Source of the DNA: Planctomycetota bacterium
GTDB taxonomy: Bacteria; Planctomycetota; GCA-002687715; DRQF01
Direction: 5' to 3'
Length of the DNA stretch: 17,116 nt
Assembly (NCBI GenBank): GCA_027001995.1
Contig: JALTLO010000146.1
Span: 23,757 to 40,872 of the forward strand
Below, piece by piece: positions 6,333 through 14,942 of this stretch; the stretch's first letter is position 1, and each line of letters opens with the position of its first letter. The notes below the pieces were generated by a model. It was not told where the DNA came from. It saw only the letters and a list, made by a program, of their open reading frames with translations, and made no database searches. The translations under genes and the position numbers were made by a program.

Positions 6333-6989
6333 ATGGATCCGTCGAGTCAAAGAAAACTCGCACCCAAAACTGGCCCAGTGAGGCCGGGAGTGAAGATCGA
6401 TGACGCGTTGATCCTAGGGCTCTTGCGCCGGGGTGACTTCAGAGCCATCGATTTGTTGGCCACCAACTACGGAGGGCGAATCTTAGGATTCGTAGAAAAC
6501 ATCCTGCAAGATGGAGCCGCGGCTGAAGACGTTTGCCATGACGTTTTTGTCAAGCTCTTCGAGAAACATGTGGACTGCCGAGATGCGGGGGCGTTTTCGA
6601 CTTGGATTTTTAGGATTGCCAGAAACTTGGCTTTGGACCGATTGCGGCGCAACGAAATTCACAAAAGAGTGCTGCGGAAAATCGAGGAGTCGGAACGCGT
6701 TGGCCGTGGGGCCAGGTCGAAGCCATCTTTCACACCGACTCCTTTGGAGCAGATGGAAAGAGCTGAAATGGTGGCCAAATTTGAAGATGCCCTTTTGTCT
6801 TTGCCGGAGCAGTTTATAACGATCTTTGTTTTGAGGGAGCGAGAAGAAATGAGCTACAGCCAAATCGCTTCTGTCTGCAACATTACCCAAAAAACCGTCT
6901 CGACCAGACTCTTTCGGGCGCGACGAGAGCTCAGAGAGGTCTTGCGGCCCTTTCTTGATGGCAAGAGATCTGGAGGGCAACCGTCATGA
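6333..6989 (+). CDS. ECF-type RNA polymerase sigma-70 factor
   Basis: Region 2 (AAEDVCHDVFVKL, FSTWIFRIARNLALDRLRR) and region 4 (LPEQF…MSYSQIA…TVSTRLFRARRELR). Confidence 0.95.
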   Translation: MDPSSQRKLAPKTGPVRPGVKIDDALILGLLRRGDFRAIDLLATNYGGRILGFVENILQDGAAAEDVCHDVFVKLFEKHVDCRDAGAFSTWIFRIARNLALDRLRRNEIHKRVLRKIEESERVGRGARSKPSFTPTPLEQMERAEMVAKFEDALLSLPEQFITIFVLREREEMSYSQIASVCNITQKTVSTRLFRARRELREVLRPFLDGKRSGGQPS

Positions 6990-8062
6990 ACACGTCAAGA
7001 AAGCAAGAAGGCTCTCGAGGATGTGCGCGGTTTGAGCCTCTGATCGATCTTATGATTGACGGAGAACTGGAAGCGCAAAGAACAGCCGGAGTACAAGAGC
7101 ACTTGCGAGGCTGCCCAAGATGTCGACGTATTCGTCGAGATATCTTGGGCTTGCGAGGCTCTTTGGGGGCTCAGGGCTCACGAGACTTGAGCACTGACTT
7201 TGTCTCGAGAGTGAAAGAAACCCTGTTCGAAGGTGCTGAACCACAACCGAGGCTTGTTTCTTCTCGCGGGCGCACACCCCGACGTCAACCTCAATTGGCC
7301 AATATGGCTGTCTATGCTGCCATGCTGATGATTGGCTGCTTCTTCGCTTTTGGGGCTTACCGTTTTGGACGGATGCACGAATCGCAGAGTGCCCTGGAAT
7401 TGGCGCGGCACAAGGTCGCCCCGGAATCAGAGAAAGAGGAAGTGAAGCTAGACAAGAAAAATCCTTCCATGGCGGCAGACTTTTCACCTGCCACAAGTAG
7501 TTCGGGTGAGGAGAGCGATGCTTCAGGGTCCTTGGGGCCCACCCCCCTAAAGAAAAAAGAGAAGCCCGCCACCCCACTCTTGGATGAGGCCATGCGCTCA
7601 GCTCAAGATGAAGCTGACATGGAGGCTTCATTCTATGATGATGACGACTTGTTTGATTCTGAGATCCCGACGGAAGACGTGATATTAAGTAGTACAGCCA
7701 AAGAAGTCTTGGAGAGTTGCGAGACGATGGCTGCTGTCAGGCGAGAAGTCTCGGCGGCCATGCCCATGGTGGAAGGTGGCATGCTTCATGCAGACCCTCT
7801 GGTCATGAATCTAGCTGAGACCACATTTGATTTAGAGTCCTTGCTCAAGAAAGGTCTTTTGGTCCCCGGAAGCAAGCTCATCGTCCCAGACGACATGCGT
7901 TTGATTTTCGAGATCAAAGGCAATGGAGTTCATCTGCGAATTGAAGTCGATCAATTGAAAGATCAGAAACCCCGCATCAACGTCGTTGACATGTCGGACG
8001 CTATTGAGAAGGCTCTTCGGCGGTCGAAGAAACCAGCTATCAAGAAGCTTAAGTTACGTTAG
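6986..8062 (+). CDS. Membrane anti-sigma factor with zf-HC2 (ZAS) domain
   Basis: ATGA overlap with the sigma gene. C…IDGEL…HLRGCPRC motif, one TM helix (MAVYAAMLMIGCFFAFGAY) and an acidic extracytoplasmic region. Confidence 0.9.
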   Translation: MNTSRKQEGSRGCARFEPLIDLMIDGELEAQRTAGVQEHLRGCPRCRRIRRDILGLRGSLGAQGSRDLSTDFVSRVKETLFEGAEPQPRLVSSRGRTPRRQPQLANMAVYAAMLMIGCFFAFGAYRFGRMHESQSALELARHKVAPESEKEEVKLDKKNPSMAADFSPATSSSGEESDASGSLGPTPLKKKEKPATPLLDEAMRSAQDEADMEASFYDDDDLFDSEIPTEDVILSSTAKEVLESCETMAAVRREVSAAMPMVEGGMLHADPLVMNLAETTFDLESLLKKGLLVPGSKLIVPDDMRLIFEIKGNGVHLRIEVDQLKDQKPRINVVDMSDAIEKALRRSKKPAIKKLKLR

Positions 8063-8099
8063 ATTGTTGGATGGCATGGAGTCTTCGCTCTTGTCGAAG

Positions 8100-8139
8100 A
8101 AGAAGACGAAGAACGGGCTAGGATGCCCACGCTCCCAGT
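8100..8139. repeat. Solo REP-like element related to the tandem array at 16981-17116
   Basis: AAGAAGACGAAGAA + hairpin (GGGC-taggat-GCCC) + GCTCCCAGT, located between convergent genes. Confidence 0.6.
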
Positions 8140-8153
8140 AACGAGTCTGTTTC

Positions 8154-8798
8154 TTAGAGGTGCTTGGGGCCTGGGTGAATAGCAACATAGGTGCGACCCG
8201 CTCCGATGTTGCAGGGCAGGATAAACCCGGCTCCAATGGCTAAATCCGCCAACTTCCTCAGCCGATGAGTTGAATAGTTGAACTTGCGGGCACAGATCTT
8301 TTCGCCAGCCTCACCGTTATTCCACAGCCAATTCAAAAGCTTGAGACCGTCAGCGTCCAAGTTGCGGTCGAAACCGTTCTTCCGTCGCAGCTTTGAGGCA
8401 ATCTTGACAACTTCTCGATTGACCGGGCGAGTTTCTTTGCCCATGCGAAAATAGGCCACCAAGTCTCCATCACAATCCACATGGGTGATGAGAGGAAACT
8501 CGTTCATCTCAACTTCGCAAATCACGATGTCTTTCAAATCGTGCTGCACAACCTTCGTCGAGATGGTTGGCCTGGGATCACAGTATTCGATGGCGAGCTC
8601 CAAGACGCCAATCTCTTTCTCCGGGTCACCCACCCCAACAATAACCCCCGTGTCATCCACCCCCACCAAGATGAGGCCCCCAGCAGAGTTGGCCAAAGAC
8701 GCAATCACGCGACCAATCTTCCATGGAATGGGACAAGTCACTTTGAATTCAAGCGTGGCGGATTCCCCCCCACGCATGATGGCTTTCAGGTTGGCCAT
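8154..8798 (-). CDS. Schlafen/AlbA_2-domain protein with probable C-terminal winged helix
   Basis: GESATLEFK…IASLANSAGGLILVGVDDTG…G motif. Start refined to ATG 8798 because the longer ORF overlaps the divergent gene. Confidence 0.88.
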   Translation of the reverse strand: MANLKAIMRGGESATLEFKVTCPIPWKIGRVIASLANSAGGLILVGVDDTGVIVGVGDPEKEIGVLELAIEYCDPRPTISTKVVQHDLKDIVICEVEMNEFPLITHVDCDGDLVAYFRMGKETRPVNREVVKIASKLRRKNGFDRNLDADGLKLLNWLWNNGEAGEKICARKFNYSTHRLRKLADLAIGAGFILPCNIGAGRTYVAIHPGPKHL

Positions 8799-8938
8799 GG
8801 TGATACCTATGAGATCGTTGTTCAGAAAAATCGAAGCCGCAATAGTCCGGCCCCCAGGGCAATGTAGCAAAGGGCTGAGCCACCCCAAGGAAGCCTCGTC
8901 ATCCCCTATGCTTAGATTGAAGTCAAAGGAGCCCGAAA

Positions 8939-9685
8939 ATGCACGCAGCACGCTATTTGGAGGCGATCACCAAATTGATCGCTTGTTTCGAAGAACATGA
9001 AATGGAAGCCATCAAAAAGGCGGCCCTCATAGCAGCAGAAGCTGTGGAAAAAGGTGGCAAGCTCCACCACTTCGACACGGGCCACATGAAACAAGAGCCC
9101 ATTCGCCGGGCTGGGGGGCTCTTGGGTCTGCACCATTTGGAACTGCGCATAGAAGCCGATCATATTCTACCAGCAGGCCGAGATGCAGAATTGACTGTGA
9201 TGGAGCAACAATACTTCTACGATCGAGAAGAACTGGCAGACTTCCTCTTAGACAAAAGCCATGTGAAGGCAGGGGACGTTTTGATTCAGGTGTCCAACTC
9301 TGGCAAAGAAGCGTTCACCGTTGGTGTGGGGGCGGGAGCAAAAGCTCGGGGTTTGCAGCTCATCGTCTTGTCGTCTTTGGCCTTTTCCAAGTCCGTTGAG
9401 CCCCGGCATTCCAGCGGTAAGAGGTTGTTTGAAATCGCCGATGCGGTGATCGACTTGCGAGCTCCCTTAGGGGACGCCGTTTTGGAGATCCCTGGTGTGG
9501 GCACAAAAGTCGGCGCCACTTCAGGAGTCATGACGGCAGTAGCCCTGTGGGCTTTGATGTGCGAGATCACTGGGCTATTGGCAGAGAAAGGAATGGCCCC
9601 GGCGGTCTACCGCAGCGTCAACATGCCCGGCGGGTTTGACTTCAATCGAGAGCAACAAAAGTTGTATGAAGAGCGCGGGTTCTAA
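8939..9685 (+). CDS. SIS (sugar isomerase) domain protein
   Basis: GGKLHHFDTGHM…RRAGGL…GDVLIQVSNSG…RHSSGKRLFEIADAVID…GDA…SVNMPGG. AAGGAG RBS. Confidence 0.9.
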   Translation: MHAARYLEAITKLIACFEEHEMEAIKKAALIAAEAVEKGGKLHHFDTGHMKQEPIRRAGGLLGLHHLELRIEADHILPAGRDAELTVMEQQYFYDREELADFLLDKSHVKAGDVLIQVSNSGKEAFTVGVGAGAKARGLQLIVLSSLAFSKSVEPRHSSGKRLFEIADAVIDLRAPLGDAVLEIPGVGTKVGATSGVMTAVALWALMCEITGLLAEKGMAPAVYRSVNMPGGFDFNREQQKLYEERGF

Positions 9686-9769
9686 GTCTCTCTGTTCCTA
9701 AGGAAGCAAGTCAAGAACTCAGAAATGGCGGTCTCAGAATTTTCTTCATCCACCGCACCCGATAGCTCC

Positions 9770-9807
9770 AATAAAATCGCCCCCGCATCGAATCGATACG
9801 GGGGCGA
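9770..9807 (-). terminator. Rho-independent terminator of the lyase-like gene
   Basis: Stem TCGCCCCCG/CGGGGGCGA plus inner ATCG/CGAT, followed by TTTTATT on the minus strand. Confidence 0.8.
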
Positions 9808-9842
9808 GAAACACCATGCCGGTTGCTGCGTGGAGAATTTTT

Positions 9843-12419
9843 CTACCAAGACCAAGTCCAAAGGGCATCGGCGCAATTGTAAGCCTGCCCCCAGAGTGCG
9901 ATGTTCGACATAATCTTAGTTTCCGAGTTCGGGAACTGCTGCATGCGAAAGGCAATCTTGTCGTAAGAACTTGGGTCATTGTAATCCTGAGGTGTCTGCG
10001 ACGTGGTCTCGCTGTGTTGGTAATATCTTGTCACAGATTGGAACAGTGTTCTTGAGGCCGCCATGTAAGAGGGATCAAAGAACACAATACTCGACCAGGC
10101 CAAAGCCTGAGACGTCACCCAAACATGATGAACACTGGGGTTCATGCGATAGGTTTGATCGTCAATGCGGCGCCAAACTGTCGCTGTGGTCCGCGCATTC
10201 ATCGGGCCAGTGGGCGTGTCCTTGATCACCTCATCACGCATGAGGATGGCCATCTTCTTGATAACATCAACGGCGGTTTGATCCCATGATGCCAAGTAGT
10301 ACTTGCACAGTGCATTCAGAACGATGGCGTGCATCCAAGTCTGAGCATGAGGAATGCTCCACCCTGGGTTATAGACCAAACCGTCTGAGCCTGTCCGTTG
10401 CAAGTCAAGAACCTTCCAACGTTCCATCGTATCATGAGCTTCTGTCAAGTAGGCCGGATCACCGATATAGTTGTAGAGGTTGGTAAGACCTTCCAACTGC
10501 CATCCAAGGATACGAGCACCCCACCACCCGCTCCAGTTTTCTGGAGCTTGACGTTTGTAGAATTCACCCACTTCCAAAGCTGACTCGTAAGCCCCTTCAT
10601 CACCGGTGGTGATGTAGTAGAGCAAAAGTCCGTGTACCCAAGTGTGAGACGCTTCAGGAGCATTGTAGTTACCGTGGGTATACCCCTTCTCGTAAATTTG
10701 TCCGCCCCGCCTGGAAGATGAAGCGTGAGTCGTATGGTTTTGGTCATAGTCTCGGCGATGCTCACTCATGTCCCTTGCCATGTCGAAGAAAGCATAGTCA
10801 CCGGTGCGGAACCAGTTAATCAGGACGCCAAAGTTAAGGTCGTAGTGGTTAGACGAGAAGCCATCACCCCAAGCGATGTCACCAAAGTTCTCCCAGCCGT
10901 ACATTTGACGACTGCCGTAGGTGCCACCTCGGGAACGGAACTTAGGAAGTCCAATTTGACCAAGGGCATCTTGCTGATCGGCTGCACTGTCGTGAGCCAA
11001 AGTATCCATCATCCGTTCCCAACGAATTTGAGATGCGTCCGTCCAGTTGCGGCGTTCGATGAGCAAATCACCAAAGGCCCAGTTTTGGAAGGGCCAAGAC
11101 TTGCCTGGACGTCCCAAAATAGGTGCATTCGTCGACTCAGCATGCTCATAGACTTCCGCCATGCTGAAGCCACCTTGAGAAGGCGACCTAAAATTGATGT
11201 TCATCGTATGAGTCTTCCAACGACCACCTTCAAAGCGATAGTGAGTCGTACTCATCAGGTCCACAACGTTGCTGGTAGGAATGCCGTATTGCCCGCGATA
11301 AACCGGGCCAAATCCAAATGAAGGAAAAAGAGCCAAGGAAATCGTGTCGCCATCCACCTCAAATGCCTTGGGATAGTTTTGCCAAAAACGGTCCGTGGCC
11401 ACAGAGATCGAACCTGCGGTACTGTTGAGAGCCAAGGCGCCGTTGAAGCGCCCGCCGGTGAAGATCGTCGTTCCGTTTAGCTTTTCACGATAAAAGAAGC
11501 CATCTTCCATTTGCAAGGCATTCAAAGGAGTAGCCCAGTTCTGATTGATGACATAGGGGGCACCAGCCAAGTCACGAACATCTGTGGAAGTCACAGCATC
11601 GCCATTGGAGTCAGGCACCTTGAGGCTCAACTTCAAGGAATCAAAATGACTGGTATCATCGCTGTTACCAGTCAGAGTACCGATTTGTCCGTAATTGCCT
11701 TGGTTTTCCAAACGGAACTCAACCTTAACGTCGCTGTGCCCAGTGTAGAAGTAGTAGCGAATGGTAAAATCCAAACCCAGGGAAGGGATGTTTCCACTTT
11801 GGCGAATGATGGTCCGAACACTCGAATTGTATTCGAACTTCGTCGAAGTCAGAACGGGCATGACGCTGGCGCCAGCCACATCGAGGATATCCAAAGAACC
11901 AGGTGCGGCAATCACATCTGTGCCGCCAATCTTCACTTCTTTGAAGAACGAAAAGTTGAGCTTGTCAATCTTGAAAACAGCAGTCCCTGTGTCAATGGTG
12001 TACTCGTTGGCGGTTTCTGTGCGAACAAGTTGCCCGGTATGGGCTGATCCGGGAACGACGTAGTAGGTACGGGTTGAGTTAGCGGGAAGATCGGCGTTGA
12101 AGCTGAGCAAAGTCCACTTAACGCGCTTTGAGCCATCCCAGCGTTTGCCACCCCAACGTGCGGTCACTTTGGCAGCAGCTTCGACTGGGTTACCCAAGTC
12201 ATCTACGAGCAAGAAATCTGAATTTGGGTTGCTGATGGCCATGCCCAATGGAATAGGGACGGGCGCTCTCACCGAAACATTGTTCCGAACAAAATTCGAC
12301 GGGTTATCGACATAAATTGGGAATCCCATAACTTGGGACTTCGCCTGTACGGCGAATGATAAAAAAAGCAGGGCAGCCAACGCCCACTTTGTGTGCGCTA
12401 ACGATGAAAGAATTCGCAT
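9843..12419 (-). CDS. Secreted YetA/PcRGLX (exo-rhamnogalacturonan lyase, PL26-like) fold protein, 858 aa
   Basis: GGAGG RBS, ATG 12419 and a signal peptide. N-terminal barrel (W.DGS.RVKW.LLSF.ADL), central sandwich (RFWQNYPKA) and toroid motifs (YGWENFGD…NHYD…FRTGD…HRRDYD…SHTW). CDS is secure; the specific activity is not. Confidence 0.65.
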   Translation of the reverse strand: MRILSSLAHTKWALAALLFLSFAVQAKSQVMGFPIYVDNPSNFVRNNVSVRAPVPIPLGMAISNPNSDFLLVDDLGNPVEAAAKVTARWGGKRWDGSKRVKWTLLSFNADLPANSTRTYYVVPGSAHTGQLVRTETANEYTIDTGTAVFKIDKLNFSFFKEVKIGGTDVIAAPGSLDILDVAGASVMPVLTSTKFEYNSSVRTIIRQSGNIPSLGLDFTIRYYFYTGHSDVKVEFRLENQGNYGQIGTLTGNSDDTSHFDSLKLSLKVPDSNGDAVTSTDVRDLAGAPYVINQNWATPLNALQMEDGFFYREKLNGTTIFTGGRFNGALALNSTAGSISVATDRFWQNYPKAFEVDGDTISLALFPSFGFGPVYRGQYGIPTSNVVDLMSTTHYRFEGGRWKTHTMNINFRSPSQGGFSMAEVYEHAESTNAPILGRPGKSWPFQNWAFGDLLIERRNWTDASQIRWERMMDTLAHDSAADQQDALGQIGLPKFRSRGGTYGSRQMYGWENFGDIAWGDGFSSNHYDLNFGVLINWFRTGDYAFFDMARDMSEHRRDYDQNHTTHASSSRRGGQIYEKGYTHGNYNAPEASHTWVHGLLLYYITTGDEGAYESALEVGEFYKRQAPENWSGWWGARILGWQLEGLTNLYNYIGDPAYLTEAHDTMERWKVLDLQRTGSDGLVYNPGWSIPHAQTWMHAIVLNALCKYYLASWDQTAVDVIKKMAILMRDEVIKDTPTGPMNARTTATVWRRIDDQTYRMNPSVHHVWVTSQALAWSSIVFFDPSYMAASRTLFQSVTRYYQHSETTSQTPQDYNDPSSYDKIAFRMQQFPNSETKIMSNIALWGQAYNCADALWTWSW

Positions 12420-12815
12420 GCAGAACCTCCGACGGCAAAAGGAATCGCGGCATGCGGCCCGTTTGCGCCTATGAATTAGGCCCAAATCGGTTGCGAGGTT
12501 GAAAGGGAAGTTCAAACAGAACCCCCGGTCTTCGTCATGGGGTGCAGAAAACAGGTGAAAACCACTGTTCTCCCCCAAGACGGAAGATCCGCTCCATCCA
12601 TGCATCTTGTGGGCAACCTGCTACCGTATCCGTCGTATGACAGACTTAGGCCATTGGCTTTGCGTCACCAGCTTTCGCCGGCTTTGCCTTGGTCCAAAGG
12701 GACGCTATGAGACGGGGCGCTTGCGCGCGTCGAATTATTGTACTCTCAGCTTAGTCTACCCCGCACTTGCTCATGAGGTCGGAAAGATTCTGAAACACAG
12801 CACGCAGGAATAAGA

Positions 12816-13544
12816 ATGCCATCAAAAGACGAAACACCCGCCTACTTATCTTTCCTCCAAGAAGCCCAGGCTCAATTGGCGGCCGTGGTCGATAAGAATG
12901 CAGAAGAACTGGGTAAAGCTGCCCGCAAGATTGCTCCTCGCCTGAAATCCGGTGGCCGGCTCTTGGGTTTCGGCTGCGGGCATTCTGGCTTGATTTCCCA
13001 GGATGCCTACTACCGGGCCGGTGGGCTCAAGGGATACATTCACATCTTTGCTCCCCGTGTCGAATTAGATCAGCACCCCATTGCCCACAGCTCGGTGGAA
13101 GAAAAGACCCCCGGATGGATCGAAGGGCACCTGCAAGCCCAGTCATTTACCGACCGCGATTGCTTGATCGTGATTTCCACAAGCGGAGTGAATGCTGTCC
13201 CCGTGGAGGCTGCTCTTTGCGCCAAGGAAGCAGGCGCCTTGGTGATTGCCATCACCAGCGTTGCCGCGAGCTCCGCACTTTCTACTGGCCACGAATCTGA
13301 GATGAAACTCAGCGATCTAGGCGATTTTGTTCTGGACAATCATTCTCCCTACGGTGATTCCTTGGTGGCAGTTACCCCAAATGGTTCAAAAATGGGGTCT
13401 GCCAGCACGGCCGCCGGGTGTTTATTGGTCCAGAGTCTGTCTATCGCGGTGCAAGAAGAGTCCCTGCGTTTGGGTGCCCCTCTTCCCACCTATGTGAGCG
13501 GTAACTTGCCGGGAGGCATGGAAAAGAATGCGAGCAGAGAATGA
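12816..13544 (+). CDS. SIS (sugar isomerase) domain protein, second paralogue
   Basis: GGRLLGFGCGHS…YYRAGGL…IVISTSGVNAVPVEAA…VLDNHSPYGD…SGNLPGG. Confidence 0.9.
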   Translation: MPSKDETPAYLSFLQEAQAQLAAVVDKNAEELGKAARKIAPRLKSGGRLLGFGCGHSGLISQDAYYRAGGLKGYIHIFAPRVELDQHPIAHSSVEEKTPGWIEGHLQAQSFTDRDCLIVISTSGVNAVPVEAALCAKEAGALVIAITSVAASSALSTGHESEMKLSDLGDFVLDNHSPYGDSLVAVTPNGSKMGSASTAAGCLLVQSLSIAVQEESLRLGAPLPTYVSGNLPGGMEKNASRE

Positions 13545-13570
13545 CCGGGTTTAATCTTGAGGCTAAACAG

Positions 13571-13604
13571 CAAAGAAATAAGCCTGCAGAATTAACTGCA
13601 GGCT
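13571..13604 (-). terminator. Rho-independent terminator after tRNA-Ala
   Basis: AGCCTGCAG-aattaa-CTGCAGGCT 9-bp stem, then TATTTCTTTG on the minus strand. Confidence 0.8.
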
Positions 13605-13607
13605 CCA

Positions 13608-13680
13608 TGGAGACGAAGGGAGTCGAACCCTCGACCTTCGCATTGCGAACACGACGCTCTCCCAACTGAGCTACGTCCCC
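13608..13680 (-). tRNA. tRNA-Ala(CGC), CCA not encoded
   Basis: GGGGACGTAGCTCAGTTGGGAGAGCGTCGTGTTCGCAATGCGAAGGTCGAGGGTTCGACTCCCTTCGTCTCCA. G3:U70 Ala identity pair, loop TTCGCAA. Confidence 0.97.
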
Positions 13681-13690
13681 GTGCAAAAGA

Positions 13691-13719
13691 AAGTTAGAAT
13701 CCAAAGCCCGGACAATCAA
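13691..13719 (-). promoter_or_regulatory. Sigma70-type promoter of tRNA-Ala
   Basis: TTGATT-N17-TAACTT ending 10 nt upstream of the tRNA, the same geometry as at tRNA-Val. Confidence 0.7.
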
Positions 13720-13752
13720 GCCTCAAGACATTTTCCCTCGGCAAAGACCAAC

Positions 13753-14214
13753 ATGGACATACAATTAGCCCTCTTCAATCCGGAAATTCCCCAAAACACC
13801 GGGAACATCGCACGACTCAGTGCCGGATTCAAAGTTCCTCTCCACATTGTCGGAGAAGCCAAATTCTCATGGTCTGAAAAAGCCCTGAGGCGATCAGGCC
13901 TTGATTATTGGCATTTAGTCGATCTTCACCATCAAGCGAGCATTTGGCATCTTTTGGAGTCAACCCCGGCGAAAAGGGTCATCCCTATTACTACCAAAGG
14001 CAAGACACCTTTGGGCAAAATGGTCTTTGAAACCGGCGATGTCTTGGCTTTCGGGAGCGAGTCTTCTGGGCTTCCACCAGAAATTCACCGAGATTTTGGG
14101 GCCAATTCTTGCCGAATCGAGCAATGGGGTGAAATTCGAAGCCTAAATTTAGCCACTGCTGCTGGTATTGTGATTTGGGAAGCTCTTAGGCAACTTAGAG
14201 AAGAAACCCCTTAG
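13753..14214 (+). CDS. trmL: tRNA (cytidine/uridine(34)-2'-O)-methyltransferase TrmL (SPOUT)
   Basis: LFNPEIPQNTGNIARL…LRRSGLDYW…FGSESSGLP…RSLNLA. Start refined to ATG 13753. Confidence 0.93.
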   Translation: MDIQLALFNPEIPQNTGNIARLSAGFKVPLHIVGEAKFSWSEKALRRSGLDYWHLVDLHHQASIWHLLESTPAKRVIPITTKGKTPLGKMVFETGDVLAFGSESSGLPPEIHRDFGANSCRIEQWGEIRSLNLATAAGIVIWEALRQLREETP

Positions 14215-14226
14215 GAGGATCTGGCG

Positions 14227-14916
14227 GTGAGTGACGAGCGCAAAGAAGAAAACGCATCCTTTGAACAATACCCCCTCACCCGGGCTGAGTACATCTCTGC
14301 TATGGTCCACCTCTATCGTGGAGAGCAGCAACGAGCCCAGGTCTGGCGTACCCGCTTGGACACCACCACCAACTGGGCAGTCATTTCCATGGGTGCCCTT
14401 TTGTCCTTCGCCTTCACCAACAAAGAACGAAGCGGTGACATCGTCTTGGTCTTAGGCATGTACATGATCTTTACCATGTTGGTCTTCGAATCCCGGCGCT
14501 TTCGGTTCTACGATGTCTGGCGCCATCGAGTCAGGCGGGTTGAAGAGAACTTCTATGTGCCCATCCTGAGGCGAGATTTGACCAGCCCCGTCGAAAATTG
14601 GGGATTCTTCGTGGCCGAAGATCTGTTGAATCCAAGCTATAAGATCAGTTTCTTCATGGCCATGAAAGCCAGGTTGGTCAACAACTATCTTCCACTTTTT
14701 GGGGTTCTCTTCGCAGCCTGGGCTTTTCGGTTCTTTGACCCAACTTCCGGGCACCACATCAACCTAGACACCCTGGTAGAATGGGCCCAAGTGATCGGAG
14801 TCGGATTGCTCTATGGGTTTATTGCTTACATCATCATTTTTGTAAGGCGAGCGGTGAAAGCCGAAGACATTTACTTCGGCTCTCGCTCGGTCGACTCTAT
14901 CGATGACGTGGGTTAA
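14227..14916 (+). CDS. DUF2270-family integral membrane protein
   Basis: HLYRGE…WRTRLDTTTNWAV…ESRRFRFYDVWR.RVR motif with several TM segments. GGAGG RBS and GTG start. Confidence 0.88.
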   Translation: MSDERKEENASFEQYPLTRAEYISAMVHLYRGEQQRAQVWRTRLDTTTNWAVISMGALLSFAFTNKERSGDIVLVLGMYMIFTMLVFESRRFRFYDVWRHRVRRVEENFYVPILRRDLTSPVENWGFFVAEDLLNPSYKISFFMAMKARLVNNYLPLFGVLFAAWAFRFFDPTSGHHINLDTLVEWAQVIGVGLLYGFIAYIIIFVRRAVKAEDIYFGSRSVDSIDDVG

Positions 14917-14942
14917 GGCGAGATGGTGAACAAAACCCCATC

